Assembly: GCF_018350175.1 (NCBI RefSeq)
Contig: NC_058368.1
Span: 38,504,001 to 38,568,000, forward strand
DNA length: 64,000 nt
Source of the DNA: Felis catus
Lineage: Eukaryota
Direction of reading: 5' to 3'
Below the pieces are notes generated by a model. It ran no database searches and was not told the origin of the DNA. It saw only the letters and a program-made list of their open reading frames with translations. The position numbers and the translations under genes were made by a program. Shown here piece after piece: positions 26,485 to 39,533 of the stretch (position 1 is its first letter; each line of letters begins with the position of its first letter).

Positions 26485-27365
26485 TTTTAATAGATGCCAT
26501 ACTTTTTTCCTAGTGCTAAGAATTGAGCAGTGAACAAAATAGATAAAAATCCCTGTTCTCACGAAGTTTGTGTTATAGTGTAGGAGGATAGAACATAATA
26601 AGAAAAAAAAAATTTAATGCACTGCATTCATTCATTCCATTAGGGAAATAGAAAAAATTTAAATTGGGAAAGGAAGGCTGGATGATAATTTTAAAAACTG
26701 AAGAGTCAAGGAAGTCCTCAGAGAAGAGGAAATATTTATATAAAGACCTTAGACAGGGTGAAGGAAGAAACAATGCTGACATCTGCATATCTATGGAAAT
26801 AGGGACCCAGTTAGAAGAAAAAGAAAACAGAAAATTCCTAAGGAAAGTGATTCTGAAGACTTCAAGGAGGTCATTGTAGCTGGAGCTGTGTGAGCAAAAC
26901 GGAGGATTCCAGGAACATATTTCATATTTCATAGCCATGAGGGGACAGACCTGCTACAGTCTTATAGTCCATTAGAATAGATTATTTGTTTATTGTTTAT
27001 TTTGAGTGAATTGAAAAGCTATTGTATGGTAACTAGCAAAGAATATCATGATTTAAAATATACGAACAAGATTATTCTGACTAATGAAATAGACTCTAGA
27101 ATACTATGGATAAGAGAGTAGAGTGGTTTGGTCCACATTATAAGTGGGAAGGAATAAGTGATAGTCAGGCGCTAGGTATATACTAAGGGTAGAGACAACT
27201 CAATTTGTAGTTGTCTTGAACTACAGAAATTGAAAGAAACGAGTCAGGAAATATATCACTATTTTTGCTGCAAGCTATGTAAAAATGGATTTGCATTAAC
27301 CAAAGGGAAAAGGAATGCTAGAGGGAAAGTTTTGGGACAAAATATTATGGGTAATTCTTGAACAT
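26485..27365 (-). mobile_element. L2 (L2a-like) 3' portion
   Basis: gcagtgaacaaaatagataaaaatccctgttctcacgaagttt is the antisense L2 3' end; L2 motifs continue to about 27365. Confidence 0.75.
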
Positions 27366-27758
27366 ATTTTTTGCATACAGGACATCTCCTTCTGGACATG
27401 ATGGTATATAAGAAAGTGATTTTACCTTCCCTCCTGAAGTAAGCAAAAAAAAAGAAAGAAAGAAAATGAAATGAAATATATAAAACAAAGGTTATCAAGA
27501 CATGGACTATACCCAGAAAACTAGGAAATAGATTCCACTCTTTGTCCCAGTGTAATGCCTTGAGAGTATTCAGAACATGGTGCGGAGAGAGGGAATCCAG
27601 GCAAAGCCTCACACATTCACTAATGTGAGTAAAGGAAGCAGTTCAGGGAGACCAAGATAGCTAAATATGATGGGACAAAGTACTACAAAAGATAGACTTG
27701 TACAAAGACAGCACTCTAAAGATTATCTAAATGTCCCTTCGCATTCAGCAAAATACTT

Positions 27759-28185
27759 CTTTTTTTCATTTATTTATTTAAATTCAAGGTAGTTAACATA
27801 CAGTGTAGTATTGGTTTCAGAAGTAGAAGCCAGTGAGTCATCACTTACACATAGCACCCATGATCATCTCAACAAATGCTCTCCTTGATGCCCATCACCC
27901 ATTTAACCCATCCTCCCACGGACCTCTCCTCTAGTAACCCCCAGTCTACTCTCTGTATTTAAGAGTCTTTTATGGTTTGCCTCCCTCTCTGTTTTTATCT
28001 TATTTTTCCTTCCCCTCCCCTATGTTCATCTGTTGTGTTTCTTAAATTCCACATGTGAATGAAATCATATAATATTTGTCTTTCTCTGCCCAATTTATTT
28101 TGCTTAGCATAATACACTCTAGTTCTATTCATGTTGTTGCAAATGGCAAGATTTCATTCTTTTTCATCACTGAGTAGCATTCCAT

Positions 28186-28247
<62 letters not shown>

Positions 28248-28858
28248 CTACCTCTTCTTTATCCATGCATCGGTTGATGGCCATTGGGCTCTTTTGATAA
28301 TTTGGCTATTGTTCATAGCACTGCTAGAAACACTGGGGTGCATGTACCCTTCATTTCAACATTTTTGCATCCTTCAGACAAATACCTAGTAGTTCAATTG
28401 TTGTGCTGTAGGGTAACTCTTTTTTTTTTTTTTATTTTAGGAACCTCCATACTGTTTTCCAGAGTGGCTACACCAGTTCGCATTCCCACCAATGATGCAA
28501 AAGTGTTCCCCTTTCTCCAAATTCTCGCCAACGTTTGCTATTTCCTGAGTTGTTAATTTTAGCCATTCTGACAGGTGTGAGGTGGTATCTCATTGTAGTT
28601 TTGATTTGTATTTCCCTGATGATGTGTGAATTTGAGTATCTTTTCATATGTCGGTTGGCCATTTGGATGTCTTCTTTGGAAAAGTGTCTTTTCATGTGTT
28701 CTGCACAGTTTTTATTGGATTATTTGTTTTCTGGGAGTTGAGTTTGATAAATTCTTTATAGATTTTGGATACTAATCCTTTATCTGATATGTAATTTGTA
28801 AATATCTTCTCCCATTCCATTGGTTGCCTTTTAGTTTTGTTGATTGTTTCCTTTGTAG
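27759..28858 (-). mobile_element. Carnivore L1, 5'-truncated, with internal (TG)n(TA)n
   Basis: Minus [48 protein letters not shown] (ORF2p C-terminus); exact 14-bp TSD tcagcaaaatactt. Confidence 0.96.
28186..28245. repeat. (TG)n(TA)n microsatellite inside L1
   Basis: Directly visible. Confidence 0.95.
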
Positions 28859-29230
28859 TCAGCAAAATACTTATTAATGCATGTATAGGCAGAAAGTAAT
28901 GAAGGCCTGGGAAAGAACTATCTGGAAGGATTAGAGAGAATTGAAGCTAGTGCTCACTCATTGCCTGGAAAAGAAACTCTCCACCAACCAGATTATAAAA
29001 TCTCATTGTATACTGTTTAGAATACTCAGAATGGTCCTGCTATAGTAGCAGGAATTAATTAAAGTAGACATTGCTCAGATTTCATCTGACAGGTTTTAAA
29101 ATACCTAAGGGAATTAAACAGTTTCCAAATTTCTATCCACAGAAAATTTTAGAATATTTGTAGTAATACTAAAATATCCAGCACTTGAGGTGAAATTAAT
29201 AACACTTATATTTTAAAAAATGTACAAGTT

Positions 29231-29446
29231 GGGGCGCCTGGGTGGCGCAGTCGGTTAAGCGGCCGACTTCAGCCAGGTCACGATCTCGCGGTCTGTGAGT
29301 TCGAGCCCCGCGTCAGGCTCTGGGCTGATGGCTCGGAGCCTGGAGCCTGTTTCTGATTCTGTGTCTCCCTCTCTCTCTGCCCCTCCCCCGTTCATGCTCT
29401 GTCTCTCTCTGTCCCAAAAATAAATAAACGTTGAAAAAAAATTTAA
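29231..29446 (+). mobile_element. Young CAN-SINE, SINEC_Fc-type
   Basis: CpG-rich near-consensus copy; TSD aaaaaatgtacaag. Confidence 0.98.
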
Positions 29447-29499
29447 AAAAAATGTACAAGGCATGCAAAGAAGCACGAAATAAAATTCATTTGACAAAA

Positions 29500-31795
29500 T
29501 TCGCCATTTTTTCTGATTAAAACAACATCAAATGTAGCAATAAAGGAAAAATCTCTCACTTGATAAAGAGTATCTATGAAAATGCTGCAGCTAATATTTA
29601 TGCTTAGTGATAAAATACTATATACCATACGAGAAAGAACAGCTATAAGATAATGAGGTCTACTCCCACAATGTTTATCCAACACTGTTTTGGAAGTTAC
29701 AGTCATTGTAATAAGGCAAGAAAAAAAAATGAAATGAGTAAAGATAAAAAGGAACAAGGAGAAATTTATAATCTATAAAATAAAGATTTTAGAGGATATG
29801 AAGCTATCTTTATTGTTGGATGACATGATCACCCATTAGAAAATTTAATGGAATCTTACAACCCACCCAAACAAATAACAAAATCAAAAAACAAAAGCCT
29901 TTGTAGACTAAAGGAGTAAGCACAAAGTTGAAAAGAAAAAGTCAATATACAAAAGTCAATTGCAGTTCTGAGTAACAAAAAATAATTTAATGAACAAAAA
30001 AAATTTAAATAAAAATGATACTGTTTAAATATTAAATATTATTAATAAATATTAAATAAATATTTAAAAGACTATTTTTGTTATAAATCTGACAAAAGAT
30101 GTGCAATATTTGTTTGCTGAAAGCCTCAGAATTGACTTGATAGAAGTTAAAGAAAACCTAAAAAATGAAGAGTTGTACCATGTTCCCGGATGATAACATT
30201 CACTATTAGGATGTCAATTCATTCCAAATTGACTTACAGTTCAACATAATCCAAATCAAAATCCCAGCAAAGAAATTGAGAGTATGATTTTAAAATTAAT
30301 ATGGAAATACAAAAGAGTCTTATGGCCAAAATAAGTTTGAAAGTAAACAAAGTTGGGTAACTAACATTACCTGACAGGAGACTTATTCTTAGGCAACAAC
30401 AATCAAGAGAATGTATTGTTGCATAAAGACAAACATGTAAATCAATGGAACAGTTTAGAGTGTCCAGAATAGACCCTGAAATATGTGTACAACTGAATTT
30501 CACAAAGGTACAATGGCAACACTGAACAGAGTTTTTTTTTTTTCCCCTGAAGAAAGTTGCTGAAACAATTGCATAATAATATGCATAAACACAACTTTGA
30601 TGCATACATTACAGCTTATATAATAATAAAATAAAAATGCATTAGAGATCTAAATTAAAGCAAAATGATCTAAAACTTCTAGAAGAAAGAGTTGTTATGA
30701 CATTAGGTTGGATAAAGATTCAAAAGTATGATATTGGTGGTGTTATCAATAGAAAAAAATGGCAAGTTGGGCTTAAAAATTTCTGCATTTCAAAACATAG
30801 GATTAAAAGGAGGAAAAGACAAGCCACATATTGGAAGAAAATATTTTCAAATCACATATCAGAAAAAGTTCAATTCAAAATATATAAAATCACTTTCAAA
30901 AACCAATAAGGACACCAACATCTCAAAAGAAAAATGGGCAAAAGGTTTGAACAAACACTTCAGCAGAAAAGGTATAGTATGGCAAATATGCACATGAATA
31001 GATTCTCAACATTATTAGACATTAGCAAAATGAAAATTAAATCCATAATTACATACCACTACTACCTGAATGGCTATAATTTAAAAAAAAACAATGATGA
31101 TTCAGTTATTGGTGAAGATATGAGAGAACTGGAATCCGTATACACTACTGATATAAGTATAAATATTTACACACCTTTGGGGAACAGATTGCCAGTTTTT
31201 AGGGTTAGACATATATCAATTATATGATTCAGCTATCCTACTTCTTGGCATTTACCCAAAAGAAATGTAAGCCTCTGTCCATAAAAATAATTGTACTCAG
31301 CTGTTATAGGGACATAATCTGTAATAACCCAAAAATGGACGAGAGGGTTGTATATTATATAAACAAGTAAATGAATAAGTGATGTTTCCATATAATGAAA
31401 TGCTACTCAGCAATAAAAATGCATGAACTATTGATACATGCAACAATACACATGAATCTCAAAATAATTATACTGAGTGAAGGAAACCAGTCCAAATAGA
31501 GTATATATTATGTAATTACATTTATCTCAAATTATAGAAAATAAACATTGATCTACAGTAGCAGAAAGCAGAAAAAGCTGTAACCTGGAGACCAGGGCTG
31601 GGAAGTGAAGCATGAGAAAGAGAAGGGATGGAATTCGAGTATTATGAATGATGTGATGAAAAGGGTAAAAGATGTATTCATTATCGTGATTATAGAGATG
31701 GTTTATGGATATATACGTATGACAAAACTTATCAAGTTGTACACATTAATGACTGAATTTTATGGTAAGTAAAATTTACCTCAATCAATGTGATA
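29500..31795 (+). mobile_element. Old L1 (L1MC/MD/ME-type) ORF2 RT to 3' UTR
   Basis: Decayed ORF2 motifs (tatctttattgttggatgacatgatc; atcaatggaacagtttagagtgtccagaatagacc; peptide KWAKGLNKHFS) and 3' UTR ending aaaacttatcaagttgtacac...tacctcaat. Confidence 0.85.
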
Positions 31796-31799
31796 ATTT

Positions 31800-32780
31800 C
31801 TTGATATATCTATTGGACTTCCACATTGCAATGTCAAAAGTGTAGTTGGTGTTCACAGGAGTATAAAACGCAGAAAATATGAATGTTGAAAATATCAAGT
31901 ATAGATGATGTTTAAAATGATTTCAAAAATGTATAAGATATGAGAATAGAAAGAAAGAGAAATGATCTAAAGACCAAGTCTTGGAACTCTAATATTTTCA
32001 GTTTTAGACTATGGAGAACTAACAAAAGTGACTGAAAAGGCATATTCAGTTAGGAAGAAGGGATTTCAAGAGAGTATGGTGTCCTCAAAGCCAATTAAAG
32101 CAGCTATTCAGTGAGTAAAAGAATGATCAACTACGTCAATTGCAGCTAACAATAATTCCTCAAAATGAAGTCAGAGTCATTGGACATACCAATGTAGATA
32201 CCAGGAGAAAAGAGTGATGAGGAGCCTGACTAAGTAACATTCAAGAGAGAAATTGGAGCTATAAGGGAGAAAAATTGCGGAGCAGAAGCAGGAGAGAGGC
32301 AGGTTAAAGAGAGTATGAGTTTTTATCATTTTATTCTTTTAAGTTTGGGGAAATCACAAATTTATTGCTGCTAATGAGAATGATATAGTAGAGAGGGGAA
32401 AAAAATGTTGATCCCAGAGAGAGAAGACAAATGATAAAATGATGTTCCTGAGGGGAAGGAATCTATTCACAAAGAAAGGGATATAGATATTAATTAGGAA
32501 CATAGATATAGTTCATCCACAGCGGCAGGTGGAAAGGCAGAATATATCATCCAAATGTGGGTGGGTGGATAAATGTCTTGGCAGGAGCCTGTAGGAGTTC
32601 TTTTATGATCTGTGTTCTCAGAGGAACAAGAGGAAAGCTCAACAGGTAAAGGAGAATGAGGAAGAATAGTTTCTGCTTTGATAAAAAAGAATGTAAGAAA
32701 TAGTAGCTCAGAAAAAGGGAAAGTTAGTGGACTATGAAATGCAAAGGAAACTAAATAAATGCCCTCTCGTGTTTGGAAGT
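31800..32780 (-). mobile_element. L2 continuation (same element as 26485-27365)
   Basis: aaagaccaagtcttggaactctaatatt...ggtgtcctcaaagccaa...aatgatcaactacgtcaattgcagct antisense L2 motifs. Confidence 0.7.
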
Positions 32781-35700
32781 ATAGATTTAAAGTGACATTT
32801 GTTTTCAATTTTTTTTTTAAAAATGTCTTTCCATTAAGAAATGTTAAAATGTTTTTCTGAGTTTAGTTTCCAACCAATATTAATAAATAATAAAAACAAA
32901 TACTATGAAAGGTTTGCATTTTGTGAAATAAAATCAATGCCCCTGTGATTTATTTGTGCTTTGCCTACCTTTAATTTGATTTATATTGCTAACATATTTT
33001 ATTGGGAAATATGCTTGTTTTGAGATATTTTAAGAATACTATCGTCCTTCATGTTGACAGAAAAAGACAGCCAAATGGCATGCTGTTCTTAAACAGTATT
33101 TAACTAAAACCATCTACTAAGCGAGATACAATTCTTCAAAAATTGAAAAAACTCTAGACACTTCTAATATCTAATGTACAAAGTTTAAGTTAAATTTATC
33201 TCCCTTATTATTCATAGAAAGAGTAGGCAATCAATGCAAATGTGATAACAAAAATGCTGGTGCAGTATTTTTTCAGAATTATATCAGTTTCCATCTATAG
33301 AAATACTAGACTGTTAATTGTGGGTTATAATGAATAATATTAGGATTAATTATGTGATAAATTTTAGCAACAGTATTAATAGAATTGAATGACAAAATTG
33401 ATTTGAATAGCTAATTATACCTTAATCTTAATAATTCTGAATCTGGGTTATCAAGGTTTAAATACCTAATAGGATAGGTGTGACTAATTAAAATGGAAAG
33501 CTAAACTAATTTCTTTTTGTTTTATGCGATCCTTTACTACTTTAACTGATGAAGCAATGATTAGAAATGTGAATCAGCTACATTTTCAATGTAGCCAGGG
33601 TTCAAATAATAAAATTCCATTTACAAAAAGCCATACAAAAGGTTTTTCATATTTATGTTGGAAGTATTAAAAGTTTATAAAACCATTACAAGGAAACTTT
33701 GTGTATATATCACATTTTTGCTCATATATGTAGCATATTGTAAAGACAGATGGAAAATTAAAATATATATTTTAGAATATGAAGGATCAAAGTGAAAGAA
33801 ATGTGTTAGGTATTTCCATTTTAAAAGGAGCATAAAAAGAACTGCAACATGTATAAATATCTTATAAAATTATTTTAATGTTGTATATGCATACAGGTTG
33901 ACTGTTACAGAACAATTTTTAATATTCAGATAAAGGCTCCTATGTCATTCTTGTAAAATACTCTCTGATTTAGATACTTTCTCTTTTAGCCTAGTGAAAT
34001 GAAATAAATTTTAATATACATATATTTTGCATCATATAATTTTACCTTATACTCTATAGGTTTCTTGAAATATCATAATACATAATATATTCTACATATT
34101 TATCTTAGACTTGAATAACTGATAGTTTCATTTTAACTGATAGTTAAAGGAGTAACTGATAGTTACTGAGGGAAAGGGTAGCCTGAGGGAACAAGTGAGA
34201 TCATCTCAGTGCTTAAATGTTGTTTGTTTATTCTGGCTAGGATATTAATCAATAATTATTTAAATAGCTATTAGGAATATAACAAACTAAAAGACACAAC
34301 CCTTTAGACATAATAGGTATTCTACATCGGTTTACTATGCCTTTTTTAATTATTAGGGGATCTGAAGAGTGGATATTTCCTATGAAACCAAATGGTACAA
34401 TCTTTTCATGTAATCCTAGAATTTTATCTAGCAACTTTTAACTGAATACAAAATAGTTGTGGCATCTACTTGTAAAATGAGTTCTCTAATATGAACTGTT
34501 CATACTATTTTTTTCATTAGAGAGCACAAATGCCATTGATTGGTTACTCTATGCCATTTTTTCAAAGTACTATCTATGTTTTATAGAATGAGGTTTTTAT
34601 TCTATTAAGGCCACATTCTAAGTGAGGATTTTGCTTGCAGTTTTGATTTGAGCTTTTTTTTTTTTTTTGCACAAAATTGAAAACCAAAAGCCAAACAAAC
34701 CAAAATTAAAAAAACAACAACAACGACAACAAAAATCAGGAAAAGATAAAAAAATAATAAAACCACACAGAAACCAAAATAAATATATCATAACATCGTA
34801 GCTCAAGTTTGTCTTCATCTCTATTTCCATTTACAAGATGCTTATCGTTCCTTTACTTTCTTCAGTAAAAGAAATACGCATACAGGAATTAACAAAAATC
34901 AAGCACATATTAATTTTGTATCATGTTCCCAAACCTTCGATTGCTCGCCTAATCCCCAAATCACCTTCATTCCATCACTTTTATGTACACAGTTTAATAC
35001 AATTAGTACAGAAGAAGTTGAATTCAATCTCATTATAAGCACAGTAGTGAGTAAAAACATATCCATTCTCTAAGAATCTGTTTATTTTACAACTAGCAAC
35101 GAAATCTCTATGGCCGCTCTGTGGTACTATGCCTTCTTGTAGTTTGAAAAGTCACTTCCCCAAAGAAGCATTTTATATTAGCTGGGGAATTTTTTTAATT
35201 ACTTGCTGAAATTAAATGCTTTTGTTGGCATGGATTTGATTTACCATCCTTTTGTCCTATGAGATAAAAATAAAAGTGACAAAAATGACTGTGGTTTAAC
35301 GAACTCACTGCATATACGAATTTCTGTTGTTTCTATCTCATTACTGATTTTATTTCCTTAAAGAAATAAACTAATGAAACCTTATTTTGAAGTATTTTCA
35401 GATTAGAATGTGAGTGTTTGATAGTAGAGCAAAGCAAAAACCATGACTTGAGTATAGGATACAGAAATGGGGCATTCATGTAAATGAACCAGTATCATTG
35501 GGAATGGGAATGTTCAAAGTGATTTGCAATGATTAATTAGCTCTTATTACCTGAGATATTAGGTCTTCTTTGTTTTCTTGTTTTAAAATTTCCTTATATA
35601 TAATATAAACTTCAAAGTTGAAAGTTAAGCAGTAGGAAAAATAAAAGTAAAAACACATACTGTTTTATGTTTTAAATATTTGCCAACCAGCAAACTGAGT

Positions 35701-36949
35701 TTCTCCACTTACCAATGTTTCTCTTATTTTTCATTACTTTCATTTGATACTTTGATTTAATCATGAGGCTCTATATCCTGTTTATCTTTAAAATTTGATG
35801 ACTTTTTTTCCCCAAATTTTGTTCACATTCTCCATCCTCCATAAATACTTACTGGATTTTACTGTCTATAATATTTATTTCATTTTTGTGTTCCAGTGCT
35901 CAAATTGCACAGTCAGTCTTGCTCAATGGTACTTACATGCTATCTACTTATTTTATGTTTTTATTTTCTCCTTCAAGCTAATTTGCAAACTTCAAAAGAA
36001 ACTAAGTCATGTTCCTTATATAGAATCACACTACATCCAAAATAACAAAAAAATAAAACTTTATTCATTTTTTATTAATGAATATACAATGGTGTCAATA
36101 ATATTACTGGATTTCTTTATTTTTAAGAAATGGTTCAATGTCTTATAAAAATTAGAATGCGTATCTCATTCTGAGATTCTCAACCACTAACAACATAAAA
36201 ATATAAGAGATCACTTGAATTCTAAACTTGAATTGAACATACATATCTTTGTTAAAGACTAAGATAAGAAATCACTGTATTTGTGCTCTCTGTCCCCAGC
36301 GGACACATTGTAAATCCCACCATCGTATATTGATCCTGTCACGATAAAATGTGCTAGATACACAAAATTAATGATTGTTCTACTTGGAGTACTCTTTAAA
36401 GAGAATGGTGTTTGCCATCATAGCCTCAGTTGGGGGGGGGGGGACCCACAGGGCATGGCCATGTGACCTGATGTGCTTTACACCCCACAGCAGGATGAAT
36501 GTGACCCTAAAATCAATATCATGTGAATGCTTCCAAAGCCTGTATTTCCTGGGAAGGTTTGAAATACTATTTTTAGATTTTTTATGTAGGTTTTGTTTTT
36601 GTTTTTTAATCTCATGATTTGCTATATATATTTAAAGGAATCTCATTGGTAAAACTGGAAGAAGATATACTCATCTCTATGTATCTTTCTGTTAACAATA
36701 CTGAAAAATCACAAATTGGTTGGCATGGTACTGAGGGCAACAGGGGTCTAGGTGACTTCTCAGTTATTAGCTCGCCTTCTTAAAAACATCTTTCTCTGTG
36801 TCAATTCCTGAATGGTTTCTAGTTTTTAAAGATGCAACCAATAGTTGCATCTCCTCAAAAATATCTTAATTTAAATAATTCTTCCCCCACCGCCACCTCA
36901 TAGTGTACCAAATCATTCCCAGTGGAACTGAAAGTATAACTGTTTTGAT

Positions 36950-38770
36950 CCTCATCTGGACCTTCAAATTTCTGACTTTGCATCATTTTACTGCATATGC
37001 TGTTCTTCCACATTTTTGAGGCAAATTCATTTTACTCCTTCTTGGATTACTTTTTCACACACTCTCCACTCTTTAAACTTCCAAATCTCTCTCCCTAAGC
37101 CCTCACTACCAATTGACACAATAACAACTTCAGAAGAGAATTAGCTTGACTTATCCCCACCAAATCTACCAACATGGCTAACTCTTCATCTACATTCTGC
37201 CTGTCCCCTTGTTCCACTGGAGGAATTACTCTGCTTTTAAAGGCCATAACAATTCCCGTGCAGTTTTTCCTACTCAAGGACTTTGCTTGTGAAGTTACCC
37301 TCCTTTTTTATTCTGTGTTATCATTTTTTCCTTCTGCACTGGAGCATCATCCCCATCCAGTACATAAAAATGTTGCATATTTCACATATTAAAAACAACA
37401 AAATACTCCCTTGGGTACCATGTTCATTCCTCCAACTGCCTCATTCCTCTGTAGTTGCTTATAGCAATACTACTTAGAATTGTCTATACTCACTGACTTT
37501 TATGACCTGACCTACCATTCTCTCATAAACCAACAAGAACTAGGATAAACTCTACCCTAAAACCTCCAAATCCCCCTCTTTTTGAAGAGGAAAAATAAAC
37601 TTTCAACTTGCGAAATTCAATGGCAAAATCTTGTTTGTGACCTTAGCTAGCTTCTCAGTACTTGACCTTCTCTAATTCCCTTATTCTTGAAAAACTCTTG
37701 CCCTGGCTTCAGGTACCATATGCATATGCCTGGCTTCCCTTCTACCTCTAGGTCAGCTCCTTTTAGCCTTCTTTTCTGGTTCACTCTCCTCTTTCTGAAA
37801 TGACTTCCTATCCTTTTTATTTCCTTTCATACTAATAACACTAATTTGCTATTGTTTTACATACTATTTATGCACTGGTATTGGCTTTATATGTCTAGGT
37901 TTTGCCTCTTAGAATCATGTTAGATTTGTAATGTTTACTGAGAACTTCTCATCACATGTTGATAGAGGTAAAATGAATTTCATGTTGAAAACAGAATGTT
38001 GATTTCCCTTATCTTCATCTCAACTGTTCTACAAGTTTTCAGTGGTCCTAATAAAGGATATTTCCATATGCTCATAGTGCAGATGAAAAACTATGCATGG
38101 TCTTGGAGTTTTTAAAAATTTCCCTCTTACTGCACAATTAATAGGTTGATACCAATGGACTAATCAATAAATGAATCAATATTGATTAGACCAATACTGG
38201 TCAATGGACCAATATTGGATCAATGGATCAATGAGTAATTCAAAAATACACTGTATTTAACCCTTATTTACTTTTCCCTTCGCTATCAGTATAAGCAAAG
38301 TTAGTAGTATCCTTCCTTGGGTAACTCTAATAGCTGTCTAACAGGGTTAAATTAATTCACCTTTGCTCTCTTGGAGTAATATAGTGATGTTTAAAATACC
38401 ACAATGGTATCTTATGTTCAAAATTAATAAAATATTACTCTTCCTATAATAAAGCTCCAAGTTCTTAACTTGGGTGATAAGGCGATATCTGGTCTTGCCC
38501 CGTTCACCTATCAGACTCATAGTACTTGCCATTTTAACCCTTTGCACCAGCCAATCTGTTTCACTATCTTTTCCTCAAAGTTGTTTAACTGTATTCCATT
38601 GAGGGGCTGATTATCTGCTCAGAATATTCTTAAAATGGATGTTTATGTGTTCTTGCTTCACTATTTATGTGTCCACTCAAATATGTTTTTCTTAGAGAAA
38701 CCATTATTGTCTACCTTAACTAAATATACCCTACCTACAACTACTTCCTGTCATTCTCCATTGTGTCTCC
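36950..38770 (+). mobile_element. L2 ORF2/3' remnant
   Basis: Pyrimidine-rich sense-L2 motifs (caaatctaccaac; ctactcaaggactttgct; aaattcaatggcaaaatcttg; ccctggcttc). Confidence 0.75.
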
Positions 38771-38784
38771 TTTTGTATTATGAA

Positions 38785-39000
38785 TGCAATGCTACCTGCT
38801 TTGACATACAGTCTCCCTACCAGTATCAGAGACTAAACACAATAGATATATATTTCTCATTATATGATATCCAGTCAGTACCAAGGCAAAGGGGCAGGAT
38901 GGTCTTTTCTTCAGAAGGTAATTCTGGGGTTCATGTGATGGATCTCTCTCTAACACGTAACTTCTAGGACAACTAGGTTCAGATATCTAGCCATTGTTAC
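38785..39000 (-). mobile_element. Old MaLR/ERVL LTR fragment
   Basis: gactaaacacaatagatatatatttctcatt resembles an MLT/LTR33-type end. Confidence 0.35.
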
Positions 39001-39002
39001 AG

Positions 39003-39074
39003 CTGTGCTGACAGCTCAGAGCCTGGATCCTGTTTCAGATTCTGTGTCTCCCTCTCTTTCTCTGTCCCTCTCAC

Positions 39075-39135
<61 letters not shown>

Positions 39136-39170
39136 AATAAATAAAAATATTTTTAAAAATTAAAAGAAAA
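39003..39170 (+). mobile_element. 5'-truncated CAN-SINE with long (CT)n
   Basis: ctgtgctgacagctcagagcctgg...(CT)n caaaaataaataaa. Confidence 0.93.
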
Positions 39171-39224
39171 GAGTATTAGTTGAATGAGACACAACTGAAT
39201 CCTTCGCCATTATTTTCCCCTCTG

Positions 39225-39533
39225 TATAAGAAAGCTTCAAATCCAAGTTTAGCCCCTTCCTGGTGGCAGCCTGCATGCACATGATTAGTTGAAATGGATG
39301 TACAAGAGTCTTCTTTGCTTTTTCTCTCAAACGAGAACACTCTGAAAGGCCGTGCAGGCTTCAAACCTTGCTAAGGGTTTTACTGAGCCTCTGTTGCAGC
39401 TTCACTGCAGTTCAGCTTCTATGTTAAATACTGCCTCCTTTATTTCTTCTAGATATTATTCTTTCTCACTGATATATAACCTGTACTCAAATCTAGAGTC
39501 TCAGAGACAGATTTCTAGCCAATCCAAGCTATA
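39225..39533 (+). mobile_element. LTR16-like ERVL LTR (3' part)
   Basis: cactctgaaaggcc...ctgagcctctgttgcagcttcactgcagttcagcttct...caaatctagagtctcagag resembles the LTR16 end. Confidence 0.7.

Larger units (their letters stand above)
27380..29220 (+). mobile_element. Old L1 (L1M-type) 5' region, split by a younger L1
   Basis: Starts gacatctccttctggacatgatgg...ttttaccttccctcctgaa (L1M 5' start-like); resumes after the TSD at 28873. Confidence 0.6.
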
